Of a stretch of DNA of 64,000 nucleotides, positions 1 through 10,200 are shown one piece after another; the first letter of the stretch is position 1, and the number at the start of each line of letters is the position of its first letter. The stretch is from assembly GCA_035289925.1 (NCBI GenBank), contig DATDVR010000008.1, forward strand, positions 849 to 64,848, in the 5' to 3' direction. This DNA is from Candidatus Nanoarchaeia archaeon (GTDB taxonomy: Archaea > Nanobdellota > Nanobdellia > SCGC-AAA011-G17 > DATDVL01). The position numbers were made by a program, and so were the translations under genes. The notes below the pieces were generated by a model. The model did no database searches. It was not told the DNA's origin and was given only the letters and a program-made list of their open reading frames with translations.

Positions 1-218
1 CTATAGAATATTGCCTTCCCAGCAGTAGGACTTTTTCTTACAACTTTTATGACATCTCCTTCCTTTACTTCAAGATTAGTTATTGCTGCGTCTTTTGCTC
101 TTATTTTTGGTAATTGTTTTAAAGAAACATTAAATTTTTCTAGAACTTTCTGGACTTCTACATCAGTTAGCTTGCTATGCTTCGGAACCAAGCTATGCTC
201 TATTTCTGTTTGCGTCAT
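1..218 (-). CDS. rpoH: DNA-directed RNA polymerase subunit H (Rpo5); the C-terminus runs off the window
   Basis: Not in the ORF track because no stop lies within the window. The minus-strand ATG at 216-218 translates MTQTEIEHSLVPKHSKLTDVEVQKVLEKFNVSLKQLPKIRAKDAAITNLEVKEGDVIKVVRKSPTAGKAIFY. This fits the archaeal RpoH pattern H.LVPKH..L..E....L......QLPKI...D......GDV.K..R.S.TAG....Y. Confidence 0.8.
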   Translation of the reverse strand, partial: MTQTEIEHSLVPKHSKLTDVEVQKVLEKFNVSLKQLPKIRAKDAAITNLEVKEGDVIKVVRKSPTAGKAIFY

Positions 219-234
219 TTTTTATGGAGTATAA

Positions 235-344
235 CGGGTCGGATGGGATTTTCCCAACCTTTTCGATTGATTTGAACCCACGACCACCTGATTGCTTCCC
301 GACTGTTAAAAGTCAGGTGCTCTACCAAGCTGAGCTACCGACCC
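235..344 (-). tRNA. tRNA-Lys (anticodon UUU) with two putative introns, at about 292-306 in the anticodon loop and 248-269 in the T-arm
   Basis: The reverse complement folds by eye as GGGTCGG TA GCTC AGCTTGGTA GAGC A CCTGA CTTTTAA [14 nt] TCAGG TGGTC GTGGG TTCAAAT [CAATCGAAAAGGTTGGGAAAAT] CCCAT CCGACCC G. The acceptor, D, anticodon and T stems all pair once the two insertions are removed. Confidence 0.75.
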
Positions 345-346
345 AA

Positions 347-451
347 CGCCCTAGGCGAGAATCGAACTCGCGCCACGGCCTGGCTGTGGGCTCATTTTAA
401 TCTTGAACAGCCCATGACAGGGCCGTATCCTAGCCACTAGACAACTAGGGC
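347..451 (-). tRNA. tRNA-Asp (anticodon GUC) with a canonical-position intron of about 33 nt (about 382-414)
   Basis: The reverse complement reads GCCCTAG TT GTCT AGTGGCTA GGAT A CGGCC CTGTCA [33 nt] A GGCCG TGGC GCGAG TTCGATT CTCGC CTAGGGC G. It lies only 2 nt from tRNA-Lys, so the two are probably co-transcribed. Confidence 0.8.
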
Positions 452-723
452 ACAGCAATCTATCTATGACGTTTATTTTCAGGAAAAACAGCCCAAAATA
501 AGCTTCTTTTTCCTAGCTCATAGAAAGATTGTAACATTTAATCATTTTTAGAAAATTACCACTATATAAAGCTTTTGTTTTACCAAGTATATTAATTCTT
601 ACACAATCTAATGAAATACTAAGCAGTTTAGATATATAAATATTATTGTTATAAAAAAAGATGTTTTATGCTATATACTTCAGATTCAGAAGCCTTAAAT
701 AGTGTCACTTTATAGTAACTACT

Positions 724-1233
724 ATGGCAATATTACTTTTAGATGGAACAACTACAGATTTGATAGATGCAGTTCCAACAAGCGATTTAACAATAGCCGG
801 TTTTAATTCTAATCCTAAGTTAATGTCTATTGCAGATCCAAGTTATCTAGTAAATTTTCCACAGAATCTTCCTGGAGGTTACAAAAGAGATCATAGGGAT
901 AAAACAAGAACTTTAAGGGCAGATATTGAAGATTTTGCAAAAGCTAGTGATTTTCCAATTGAAAAGATAGCTTTAGATAATTTTGCGCACACCTCCTTGC
1001 ACAGTCAAAAAAGGCTAGAACAATCTTTAAATCAGTTTTTTACAAGTATAGATGAAGCAATAGTTAAAAATGGATTAAAAGAAACTGATATTTTAAATTT
1101 AAGAAAAGAAATAAACGAAGCAACATTTATGGCTACTTCAAGAGCAAAAACACAGGAACTAAGGACTCTTGTAAAGCCAGTTTATTTGACATTGAGAGAT
1201 GAAGGCTTTACACATTATGATTTAATACAGTAA
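724..1233 (+). CDS. hypothetical protein
   Basis: 169-aa ORF with non-repetitive composition. I recognise no motif. Confidence 0.5.
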   Translation: MAILLLDGTTTDLIDAVPTSDLTIAGFNSNPKLMSIADPSYLVNFPQNLPGGYKRDHRDKTRTLRADIEDFAKASDFPIEKIALDNFAHTSLHSQKRLEQSLNQFFTSIDEAIVKNGLKETDILNLRKEINEATFMATSRAKTQELRTLVKPVYLTLRDEGFTHYDLIQ

Positions 1234-1234
1234 A

Positions 1235-1894
1235 TTATTTTCTAGATATATCTAAAAGTAGCTTTTGCATTTCAGGTTTAAGGTTTCCATTTAATTTTTG
1301 AACAACTTGATCTAAAGATCTGGCCTTGACCAATGAATTCCAAACATTCCTTCTATCAATTTTAGATTTTAGTAAAGCATTTGCAGCTTCATAAGCACCA
1401 TTATTAGTATCATAACATTCAGGATCAAAGTAAAACATTCCCATTGCAAGCTCAAGATAACAAGCAGCAACCTCATCTATATAGCCCCTATATAGCAGAC
1501 CAGTATGAATAAATAAATCAGAAAATGGAATTCTAAATCTAAATTTAGAAAAATTAGAAGCATATTTTAGATGACCTAATTCATGTAATAATATTGAAGA
1601 TTCTTCATCACAATCTCCAGTCTTATTGATCAAAATTACCCTTGCTGAATCTGAAAAAATTCCACAAACATCGCTATCAATATCATCAGAGTATCCAACT
1701 TTACAAGTAATTTTTTCTCCAAAAAAGCGATAGTATTGCCTAAGAGCATCCCTCACTACCCTACGATCTACATTTCCAGATATTTTGACAGTACGTCCTT
1801 TATAAATTTCTATCATGCCATCTTTTACAGAAAATAAAGTTTCCATGTCTGGAATATATTTCCTACGATTAAGACTTTCAATTTGCCAAACCAT
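1235..1894 (-). CDS. putative HExxH zinc metallopeptidase (ImmA/IrrE-like)
   Basis: 219-aa ORF containing SSILLHELGHLKY. The HELGH motif in this context resembles the COG2856 / DUF955 ImmA/IrrE family. The family assignment rests on motif resemblance only. Confidence 0.5.
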   Translation of the reverse strand: MVWQIESLNRRKYIPDMETLFSVKDGMIEIYKGRTVKISGNVDRRVVRDALRQYYRFFGEKITCKVGYSDDIDSDVCGIFSDSARVILINKTGDCDEESSILLHELGHLKYASNFSKFRFRIPFSDLFIHTGLLYRGYIDEVAACYLELAMGMFYFDPECYDTNNGAYEAANALLKSKIDRRNVWNSLVKARSLDQVVQKLNGNLKPEMQKLLLDISRK

Positions 1895-1933
1895 AATAAG
1901 CCAGAATTTAATTAATTTATAAAACTTATGAAA

Positions 1934-2221
1934 TTATATTTTATTTAGTAAATTATCAAGATTGCTGGATTTTTTGATGAGATTGTAAGGCTTAGGTATA
2001 TAACCCTTTATTTTGCCTAAGGCTTCTTCAAAAAATATCTTTTTTCCATCAAAAATAACAATTTCTTTATCTCCCAACCTTAAAAATAGTTCAATGTCAG
2101 AATTCTTTTGGTACATCAATAACGGAGGAGTCCAAGCACTGTACCAAACTCTAAAAGAAGGTCCATTTGGTATTAATAATTCCTTAGAATAACTTTCAGA
2201 ATAACAATCTTCCTCATCCAT
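1934..2221 (-). CDS. hypothetical protein
   Basis: 95-aa ORF with no recognisable motif. Confidence 0.4.
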   Translation of the reverse strand: MDEEDCYSESYSKELLIPNGPSFRVWYSAWTPPLLMYQKNSDIELFLRLGDKEIVIFDGKKIFFEEALGKIKGYIPKPYNLIKKSSNLDNLLNKI

Positions 2222-2259
2222 AAAATAAGTAATTGCTTAAGGCTTATAAATATTATGAA

Positions 2260-2387
2260 TCTCTTCGGCCGGACTCGAACCAGCAACCCCTCGGTATCAG
2301 CTGATCATCTTTCATTCAAAGCATGCTGCTCCGTCAGATAATGGGTAATCCCTACAGCCGAGTGCTCTACCATTGAGCTACGAAGAG
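2260..2387 (-). tRNA. tRNA-Tyr (anticodon GUA) with a 56-nt intron (2296-2351)
   Basis: The reverse complement reads CTCTTCG TA GCTC AATGGTA GAGC A CTCGG CTGTAG [56 nt] A CCGAG GGGTT GCTGG TTCGAGT CCGGC CGAAGAG A. Confidence 0.8.
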
Positions 2388-2433
2388 ATGAATTAAAAAG
2401 AATAAATTTAGCTTATAAAGGTTTCTGTAAAAA

Positions 2434-3837
2434 TCAGTTTATTGTAACGTTTCTTGATTTTACTGTAACTACTTGCCCTTTGTCGTTTACAAAATGCACA
2501 GCTGCAGCAGGCAATACTAAGCTTCCGACAATATCAATCTTGCTCTTGACTTTATATGAAAATATTCTTTCTTCTCCAATTTCCAAAGAAGGAACATTCC
2601 AAATCAATCTTATGTTGTTGCTTCCTTTCTGCATATGGTCTGGCTTCAAGGTTCCAAACTCTTTTGTAAGCATCAAGTGATCAGGTATCAAATCTATTAT
2701 TTTTATTTCTTTTACAGGTTTTCCAGCCTTATTTTTTATATGAAGCATTATCTTAAGTTCTGTAATTCCTTCCTCAACATCGTGGCTTATCTTGAATACT
2801 CTCTTCTTTATATTGACCCCCCTTGTTAGAATATAATAAGCTAGTAAAATAAACAATGCCAATGCAAACAACACTATGAAAGGAGTTCTGTAATCAATCA
2901 GGATGTTTATTACCTGCTTTTCCCCAGCTCCTACATTGAATTCCCAGACATACATCCCGTCTTGATAGCTGGCTGCAGGATCAACTTTCGTAAAAAATCT
3001 TGAAATTCCTGAAATTTTGTATTCAATTCTTCTTTTTATTGGAGCATTGCCTTCATTCTCATTTGTTATTGTAATTTTTTTTCTTAAAAATCCAGATGCA
3101 ACGTTCTTGCTTTCCTTTATGTCAGGATTGGAAGCTACGGCAAAGTCAGAAGTGTAAACTCCTTTCAATTCCTGGTCCTTGTAGATTCTTATACTCAAAG
3201 TATAGACGCCAGGTTTTGTATCTGGCTTCAAGTCAATGTCAAAAGCTTCTGTAAAATCTTTTCCAGGTCTGAAAGTCAAAACTTTGCTTGCAGAAAAAAC
3301 CTCTGAAGTGACATATACTTCTGCATTCTCAATCAATATGTTTCCATTGTTCTTGAAATCAACAGCTATGCCGTTAGTATCACCAGGGATAAGCTCATCA
3401 GGCAAATGAGGAGTAACTTTTATTAAATCTTTTGAAGACGTTACATGCATCACTAATAAAGTTTCTTCTTTGACACTTGAATCAATTACAGAATGCGCTT
3501 TTAACGGTATCTCATAGTTCCTGCTTTCAGTTGTTGTGTCCATAGTTCTTATTGAAACTTTTACTTTTTTGCTAGCTCCTCCAGCAATGTCAAAGAAATT
3601 AGGCTCAATTTTAGCACTTAAAGCAAAGTCTGAAAAAGGAAACAAATTCAATTCATCTACAAATACTTTTATTGTGTCGCTTCTGGGCTGGTTGTTCACT
3701 ATTGTGACATCATATACAATTTCCCCCCCAGCTGGCACGTCAGGATTGTCAGTTTTTACCCCAAAAGTCAGGTCAGCCGCATAAGCAGAAGTCGTTAAAA
3801 GTAGAATTGCTGCCAATACTATAATGAGCCTCTTCAT
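2434..3837 (-). CDS. membrane-anchored surface protein with Ig-like (CARDB/NEW3/DUF11-like) domains
   Basis: Has an N-terminal signal peptide (MKRLIIVLAAILLLTTSAYA) and beta-rich repeats. An internal TM segment (FIVLFALALFILLAYYIL) is followed by a further beta-rich domain. Confidence 0.6.
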   Translation of the reverse strand: MKRLIIVLAAILLLTTSAYAADLTFGVKTDNPDVPAGGEIVYDVTIVNNQPRSDTIKVFVDELNLFPFSDFALSAKIEPNFFDIAGGASKKVKVSIRTMDTTTESRNYEIPLKAHSVIDSSVKEETLLVMHVTSSKDLIKVTPHLPDELIPGDTNGIAVDFKNNGNILIENAEVYVTSEVFSASKVLTFRPGKDFTEAFDIDLKPDTKPGVYTLSIRIYKDQELKGVYTSDFAVASNPDIKESKNVASGFLRKKITITNENEGNAPIKRRIEYKISGISRFFTKVDPAASYQDGMYVWEFNVGAGEKQVINILIDYRTPFIVLFALALFILLAYYILTRGVNIKKRVFKISHDVEEGITELKIMLHIKNKAGKPVKEIKIIDLIPDHLMLTKEFGTLKPDHMQKGSNNIRLIWNVPSLEIGEERIFSYKVKSKIDIVGSLVLPAAAVHFVNDKGQVVTVKSRNVTIN

Positions 3838-3866
3838 TGGAATCAGCTATTATAACTTCGAAGTGA

Positions 3867-3874
3867 TATATAAA
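3867..3874 (-). promoter_or_regulatory. candidate TATA box (TTTATATA) for the 2434-3837 gene
   Basis: Minus-strand TTTATATA lies about 30 nt upstream of the ATG at 3837. This spacing fits an archaeal promoter giving a very short leader. Confidence 0.4.
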
Positions 3875-3883
3875 CATTATGGT

Positions 3884-3913
3884 GAAAAAAAGTACTAAAA
3901 TTTGAACAAAAAA
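3884..3913 (-). terminator. candidate oligo-T terminator after rad50
   Basis: The minus strand directly after the rad50 stop reads CCTTTTTTGTTCAAATTTTAGTACTTTTTTTCACC. Archaeal termination typically occurs at T-runs. Confidence 0.35.
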
Positions 3914-3915
3914 GG

Positions 3916-5970
3916 TTATGCAGCCTCAGAAATATGGTTTTCTTTCTTGACTTTTATTATGTTTTCAACAAAGCTTTCTACTTTGCTTTCATGGCTTACT
4001 AATATTATCTGGTTAATATCTAGTTCATCAAACACATTCTTCAACCTATCTAGTTGTTCTGAAGAAAAACCATCAGTAGGCTCATCAAGAATTATCAAGT
4101 CTCTTGTTTTTATGGTGTTCATGATGCTGTTTACTACTTGATTTAGTCCTAACCTATAAGCCAATGCAACAGCTGTCTTCTCTCCTCCAGACAAATACCC
4201 ATAGTCAATCTCATGCTCGTTCTGTATTATTACAGGGCTGAAGTCATCGCTTAGCTTCAAGCTTATGCTCTCGGCATCTACTAGCATGAAAAACCACTTT
4301 TGCACTAAGTGATCAAAGTCATAATGTATCTTCATCATTACTTTTTTCTCCATAGTTTCAACAAGGTTAGTTAAAGTATTTTCTATGAAGTCCTGCAGTC
4401 CAATAAGATTGTCAAGGTTTTTCTTTATCTTAAGCTTGCTTTCAATTTCTTTTTCAATTTCTGCAGAAAAATTCTCCAAGTCTTTTATTTTTACTTCAAA
4501 TTCTGCCCTTTCTATGTCCAAGCTTCTTTCTTCATTCAATAGACTGTCAAATTCTTTCCTTGCTTTGCCGTAATTTTCTTCCAAATTCTTATTTTCATTA
4601 AAATCTTTGCTCAATATTGATATATTCCTTGTTAATTTATCCTTTTCAGATGTTAAAACTTTTATTTCTTTATTTATTCTTAATAAATTAACTTCCCTCT
4701 CTCTTAAATTCTCAGCCTTTACCTTGGTTAATTTTAGATTGCTTTCAATGGTTCTTAACTCTTCAAGTTCTTTCTTTGCATTTTCAAGTATTTTTTCATT
4801 TTCTCTTTCTTCTCCCTGTATTTTCTTAAGTTCAAGCTCAAATTTTGATATCTTATCATTTTCATTCTTGCTAATATTTAGAATATGGTCATTGCTTACA
4901 TTCTGCTTGCATAATGGACAGACATCAAGCTTTGAAATGTCATTTTTAATCTCATTTGCAGAGTTTATCTTGTGTTTTAGCTCTTCAGTTTTCCTTATTA
5001 TCTCTTTTATTTTAAGTTCAATTTTTTCAATATCTATTTTCTTAGTTTTGAATTTATTTTCATCAAAATCCTTTAGATTATTGTTAAACTCTTTTTTCAG
5101 CTCTATAATATTTTTACTTAATGTATTTTCCTCATTTAATATTACATTTAATCTTTCAGATCTTAAGTTAAGAAGGCTTTCGCTTGTCCTTAATTCCTCG
5201 CTTATCTTGCTGAATTTCTTCATCTTGTCTTCAAAGATTGATATTTCTTTCTTTTTTTCAGTTAATTTTTCTTTTAGTAAGCTTAACTTAGGTTTAAGAA
5301 GATTTAATTTATCATTTACAAGTTTTATTTCCTTTATCTTGCTCTCCTTCTCAATTTTTTTAGAATCTAAATCATAAATTTTTCCTAAAAACTCTTTTCT
5401 CTTTTCCTTTATCTTGCTTACCACAATATTTGCATTGTCTTTTATTCTCTTGTACTTGTCAATTCCAAAAACTTTTCTTAATGTGTCAACCCTATATTCT
5501 GCTTCAGTAGTCAGGATAGCCTTCATGTCCTCTTGTGGCGTGTATACTGTATATCTGTAGATTAAAGACTTGCTTTTAGTAAGAAGTTCTTTTGGATAGT
5601 TCAGCAAATCAAGTACATGCTGTTTCAACTCAACAGCTCCAAGTTCTTTTTTGTTGTTGTTCACTATAATGCTTCCAGTGTCCTGAGCTATTCCAGTGCT
5701 GCTTTTTTTTAGATTTCTTTTGACAACTATATCCTTGTCATCTATCTTGAAATGTAATTCAACACTGCCTTTATTTTCGCCTTTTCTTAGAAGTCCGTCT
5801 CCGCTTAACTCACCTTTAAGCAGTCCAAAAAGCGCAAATTCAACTGCCAGTAATATTGTGCTTTTTCCAGATCCAATGTCGCCGGAAAGCAATGTGCTTC
5901 CATTTTCAAAGTCAACTTCCTGACTCTTGTAGCTTCTTATGTTTTCCAGCTTCACTTTTTTTATAATCAT
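3916..5970 (-). CDS. rad50: DNA double-strand break repair ATPase Rad50
   Basis: Carries Walker A (GDIGSGKST), a long coiled coil with a CxxC zinc hook (CPLCKQ), the ABC signature (LSGGEKTAVALAYRL) and Walker B (LIILDEPTDGF). It overlaps mre11 by 4 nt. Confidence 0.9.
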   Translation of the reverse strand: MIIKKVKLENIRSYKSQEVDFENGSTLLSGDIGSGKSTILLAVEFALFGLLKGELSGDGLLRKGENKGSVELHFKIDDKDIVVKRNLKKSSTGIAQDTGSIIVNNNKKELGAVELKQHVLDLLNYPKELLTKSKSLIYRYTVYTPQEDMKAILTTEAEYRVDTLRKVFGIDKYKRIKDNANIVVSKIKEKRKEFLGKIYDLDSKKIEKESKIKEIKLVNDKLNLLKPKLSLLKEKLTEKKKEISIFEDKMKKFSKISEELRTSESLLNLRSERLNVILNEENTLSKNIIELKKEFNNNLKDFDENKFKTKKIDIEKIELKIKEIIRKTEELKHKINSANEIKNDISKLDVCPLCKQNVSNDHILNISKNENDKISKFELELKKIQGEERENEKILENAKKELEELRTIESNLKLTKVKAENLREREVNLLRINKEIKVLTSEKDKLTRNISILSKDFNENKNLEENYGKARKEFDSLLNEERSLDIERAEFEVKIKDLENFSAEIEKEIESKLKIKKNLDNLIGLQDFIENTLTNLVETMEKKVMMKIHYDFDHLVQKWFFMLVDAESISLKLSDDFSPVIIQNEHEIDYGYLSGGEKTAVALAYRLGLNQVVNSIMNTIKTRDLIILDEPTDGFSSEQLDRLKNVFDELDINQIILVSHESKVESFVENIIKVKKENHISEAA

Positions 5971-7139
5971 TTCCAGACCTCATCCAAGTCAAGCATCTTC
6001 AAGAAATCTTTCATGACTCTGTTTTCAAACTCAATGTTTCTTTCACCTTCGTCTTTCTCTTTGTTTAAAATAGTGATTATATTATTTACATTTAATTCAG
6101 ATTTTATTTCCTTGATTAATTTAGATTCAATCTCCTCAACTGTGCCTTCATCAACCTTTAATTCTTCCATCTCTCTGCTCTCAAGTTTTGCAGCGTTTCT
6201 CAAAACAAAATAGCTGTCTTTTAAATTTGAAGTTATTTCCTTGAAGTTTACATCACCAGGCTTCCCAGATTTTAAAGTTCCTTCAATCCTTATAGTTACA
6301 ATCTTGTCCTTCAAGTCATGCTTGTTTAATTTATCCTTTATTTCTTCCTCAAGCTCTTTAGGATTTTTATTGTTCGCATCAAAATTGAAGGTTTCAACGT
6401 CCTTTATTTTAACAGGAACATGCTTGTAGTTTAATTTATCATCAACAATGTAAAAACCTCCATGCTTAAACTCCTCTAATTCTTTGAAGTTATTTGGGAA
6501 CAAAGCTCCTGGATAAGTTATCAGTCCATATCCTTCTTTCTGTTTTGCAAAAATGTAGTGCGGATGTCCGCCTGCATAATAATTAAAGTTCTTAGGCAAA
6601 GAATTTGTAGGCTCTCCAGGTGCCATCTCCAAAGAAGCAGGCTTGAATTCCTCCAAAGTTGCATGGAATAAAAATATTTTAAAGCCTTTTTCTTCTTCTA
6701 AATTTGTTCTGTCAAGTTTTTCGTATATTTTTTTATCTAAGCCGCATGCTAATCCTAATATTCCAGTAATCTTGGCTCCAGTCTTGTCAACTGTAAATTC
6801 TAGTTTGTTTCCGTTGAGCTTGAAAACATTGTGGCATAATCCAGCTTTCTCCAGAACTTCAATCATAGTTTTTCCAGATGGAGAATAATCATGGCTTCCT
6901 GGAATTAAGTAAACTTCAATGTCGTTTTCCTTTAACTTAGCCAAGCCAGCAGCAACATCTCTTATCTGGTCTATGGGCGGCAAAGCAGTATTAAATAAAT
7001 CACCAGAAATTAATACAAAGGCAACATTCTCGCTTATGCATATGTCCACAGCTTTCAAGAAAGCCTGAATACTCATTACTTTAAGCTGCTCCTCTCTCCA
7101 CCCTCCTATATGTACATCAGAAAAATGTGCAAATTTCAT
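5967..7139 (-). CDS. mre11: DNA double-strand break repair nuclease Mre11
   Basis: Shows calcineurin-like phosphoesterase motifs (HFSDVHIG, SGDLFN, GSHD, GGHPH). It lies immediately upstream of rad50 and is coupled to it. Confidence 0.9.
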   Translation of the reverse strand: MKFAHFSDVHIGGWREEQLKVMSIQAFLKAVDICISENVAFVLISGDLFNTALPPIDQIRDVAAGLAKLKENDIEVYLIPGSHDYSPSGKTMIEVLEKAGLCHNVFKLNGNKLEFTVDKTGAKITGILGLACGLDKKIYEKLDRTNLEEEKGFKIFLFHATLEEFKPASLEMAPGEPTNSLPKNFNYYAGGHPHYIFAKQKEGYGLITYPGALFPNNFKELEEFKHGGFYIVDDKLNYKHVPVKIKDVETFNFDANNKNPKELEEEIKDKLNKHDLKDKIVTIRIEGTLKSGKPGDVNFKEITSNLKDSYFVLRNAAKLESREMEELKVDEGTVEEIESKLIKEIKSELNVNNIITILNKEKDEGERNIEFENRVMKDFLKMLDLDEVWK

Positions 7140-7203
7140 TTAAACCCCAAGAATAACCTATCCTATAGATTTATTAAAGTTTTTATATTAAATAAAGTAA
7201 AAT

Positions 7204-10200
7204 TTACTGTTTAGTCTGATTAATAAAAGTAATAATCCTATTTTTAATAGCAGCAGTGGAAGCATTTGAAAGTTCTAAAACATTCAAGACAGGGGTTATA
7301 TTAAACATGTTCAAGAAAGTTTCATTTTCGCTTATATAGTTGAAGGCCCAAGTTTGGTTATTTAGTCTTGTAACTACATCAAAAACGCCCAACATTTGGC
7401 TATTAAATTGATTTCTTGCGTAAATTGCCTGTTCTAAATATTCTAATTGACTCCCGTTTATTGCACTATTTCTTATGCCTTCAACTATTGCCTGTTCAGC
7501 ATCAGTTTCATTAGCAGAAAGCTCTACTTTTATAGTAAAATTAATCTCAGAAAAAGCACACAAATTATTTGTATCACAAGTTTTGACATTCCATAGATAA
7601 GAATTGGTTGGTAGATTTTTAACTTCAAACAGAGATTTATTATAATTTCCATCAATAGCAATAGTTTGATTTAACTGCCAAACTCCACTAATATTTATAT
7701 ATAAAGAAGCGTTATTTAACCCTTCTGCATCAGAATTATTTGCTATAAATGTGATGTTGCCAGTGCTGTCAAGAGAATTATTTAATGGGTTTATCAAAAC
7801 AGTAAGTGGCATGTCATTTATCCCAGCAACATTAACAATTATGGTTGTTGAATTTTGTTCTTTTAAGCTATCAAATGCAGTAAGGTTTAGTTCAACTTTG
7901 CCATATTGGTTGGGGTAGGTAGAAATATTTATTATGTTTGTGCCATTTTCTATTGTTAAATTAAATTTAGTGGTATCATTCAGTGTAAACGTCCATTCTA
8001 ACATTGAATCAGTGTCATTAAAGTCTGAGACATTTCCCGATAGATTTAAGGTTAAGTTTGTATCCTCATTTATGGTGATATTAATTAAATTAAAGGTTGG
8101 CAGCCCATTTACTTTAAAGTAGCTTTGAGTAAAAGTCCCGTTTGCAATTCCATCGCTAGGATTTAGAAGTACGTAATAAGTGATTGTTCTGTTTAATGTT
8201 GTAGAAATATTAAACTTTGTTTCATCTACACCACTAACAACATTAAAGGTGTATACTGTAGGACCTGAAGACGTATTTAAATTAACCCTGCCATAATAAG
8301 TCAGATTATCGCCATCAGAGTCTACTGCATTGCTCCAGTTAATGCTAGGAGTCAAATCAGATATAGAAGAATTTCTAGGGTTTGTTATTGCAGGTTTACT
8401 AGGATCTAAGGGATCAGTTTCAAATTCAGGGATGCTATTGTAAACATAAAAGCTATGCAACGTGCCCTGCCCCAAGTTGTTTAAGCTGTCATTTGCATAA
8501 TAGCGCCAGCTTACATTCTGTCCTCTGCTGTAATTCCCGATTCCAAGCGAAAATAAATAATCGATATCTGTGACTGTCCAGTTTTTAAATTGTCCACTTG
8601 AGTTTTCAGAAAAAAATACTGTATCCACCCCGCTTGGATCATCTATACTTGCGGTAAAGCTTATCATATTTTCCTTTGTTACTTGTTGAGGAAAATACAA
8701 TTCGTTGCTTATGCCTGGTGGTAGATTATCTAGTGTAAACTCAAAAGTCTGGCTTGTATTACAATTATTTACAATATCGCAGCTTACAATAGCCCAGTGA
8801 TAGATTCCAGCATTTGTCAAATTCAAATAAAAAATAAAATCTGATTTTTTTATCTCGGTATAATTTGTCTGATTTTCTGAGAAGACACCTGTAAAATCAC
8901 CAAAAAGTGTTACATTTTTTATTATGCTATTATCTGCAATAGTAACATTGAATGCGATAAAATTATTATTAAACGCACTGCTATTAGCAGGAGAGTTTAA
9001 TGTCATATTTGGCGGCAAAGTTTCCTTAACATATTCAAGATATACTTCATCCAATGCAGGAGTAAAATCAGTATTTTCTGTATTAAAGTAATTCGCATAC
9101 TGGAACAAAGTTTTATTTGAGAAAAAACTCTTGTTTAATATATAAAATTGCGATTCATTTTCAAAGTAAGAATCTGCATTTCCATCAGGTCCAATAAAAG
9201 CCTCAGAATCACAGGTATCCTCACAAATTCTAGCCTGCATCTTTAGTGAAACTGCGCCTTGAACATACATTTTTTCTATTTCAGAAGGCGATAAGCTTCT
9301 ATTCCATATGATAACTTCGTCCATAGTCCCATTTAAAGAATGGTCAGTTCCAATTGACTCATTATATCCTATTAAAAGCACTTGGGTATTATTGGCTAAC
9401 TTGCCTATAATTGATCTATTCCCAGTTTCCCTTCCATTTAAATAAATTTTTAGCTCATCAGATGTATGATTAAATACCCCAACCAGATGAGCCCAAGAGT
9501 CTTTTGTTATAGAAGTATTAGAAACGGCAACTTTCCCAACATTTGACGCATTAATTATTGCAAACGAAGCGTTATTGCCAGTAGTTATTCTCAGCCAATA
9601 ATGGGCAGGTTTTCTTACAAGGTATGTTGTTGTAGAATTATCATACTTTTTTACCCAAGCGCTTATTGAAAAGCTTCCATTAAAGTCAAGACTTTTGTTA
9701 TATTTGACAGTTATATGTGTTTTATTTGATGTGTTAAAAGTATATGCAGATAAAAACCTTCCAGAAATGTTGTAAGTTGGGCAGTAGCCAAAAGAACATG
9801 TTCCATTATTTTTTCCAGTTTCATCTTTAAAGAATGTTGCATTCTCGCCAGCTCCATTGTTAAGGTGCATTAGCAATACTATGCTATTGCTCATGTTCAT
9901 TTGCTGGCCATATTTAATGGGAGTAGTAAAAGTAAGGTTATCCCAACTCATGCCGCCAGCATATATTCTAGAAGTATAATTTCCATAAGAATAATAAGGG
10001 ATTTGATAACTCGTTGAATTTGCCAATACAACATATCCGGATGCATTAGAAGTAGTGTTATAATAAGTTCCTTCATCAAAATCAGTTTGTGTTGAGGTAT
10101 TATAAGTTGGATAAGGAATTAAGTATTCTTTGTTATTTATATATGTGCTTACATTATAGTTATCTTTAGTATTATAAGGCACCATGAAAAAGCCATGCAA

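Noticed and set aside
49-234. 61-aa plus-strand ORF at the left edge of the window
   Set aside because: It is antisense to a clearly recognisable rpoH reading frame (1-218, minus strand) and has no motif of its own.
2296-2351. Possible C/D box sRNA inside the tRNA-Tyr intron (the strings CTGA, GATGATC and CTGAT)
   Set aside because: There is no RUGAUGA C box near the 5' end of the intron. The GATGAT string sits only 2-3 nt from the terminal CTGA, so the C...D'...C'...D order and spacing are not met.
4607-5377. 256-aa plus-strand ORF, together with 4385-4573 and 5696-5923, inside rad50
   Set aside because: These are low-complexity Ser/Phe/Leu-rich translations antisense to the K/E-rich coiled coil of Rad50. 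That is the typical shadow-ORF artefact of AT-rich coiled-coil genes.
3916-7139. Absence of herA/nurA next to mre11-rad50
   Set aside because: The four-gene operon is not universal in archaea, so an isolated mre11-rad50 pair is ordinary.
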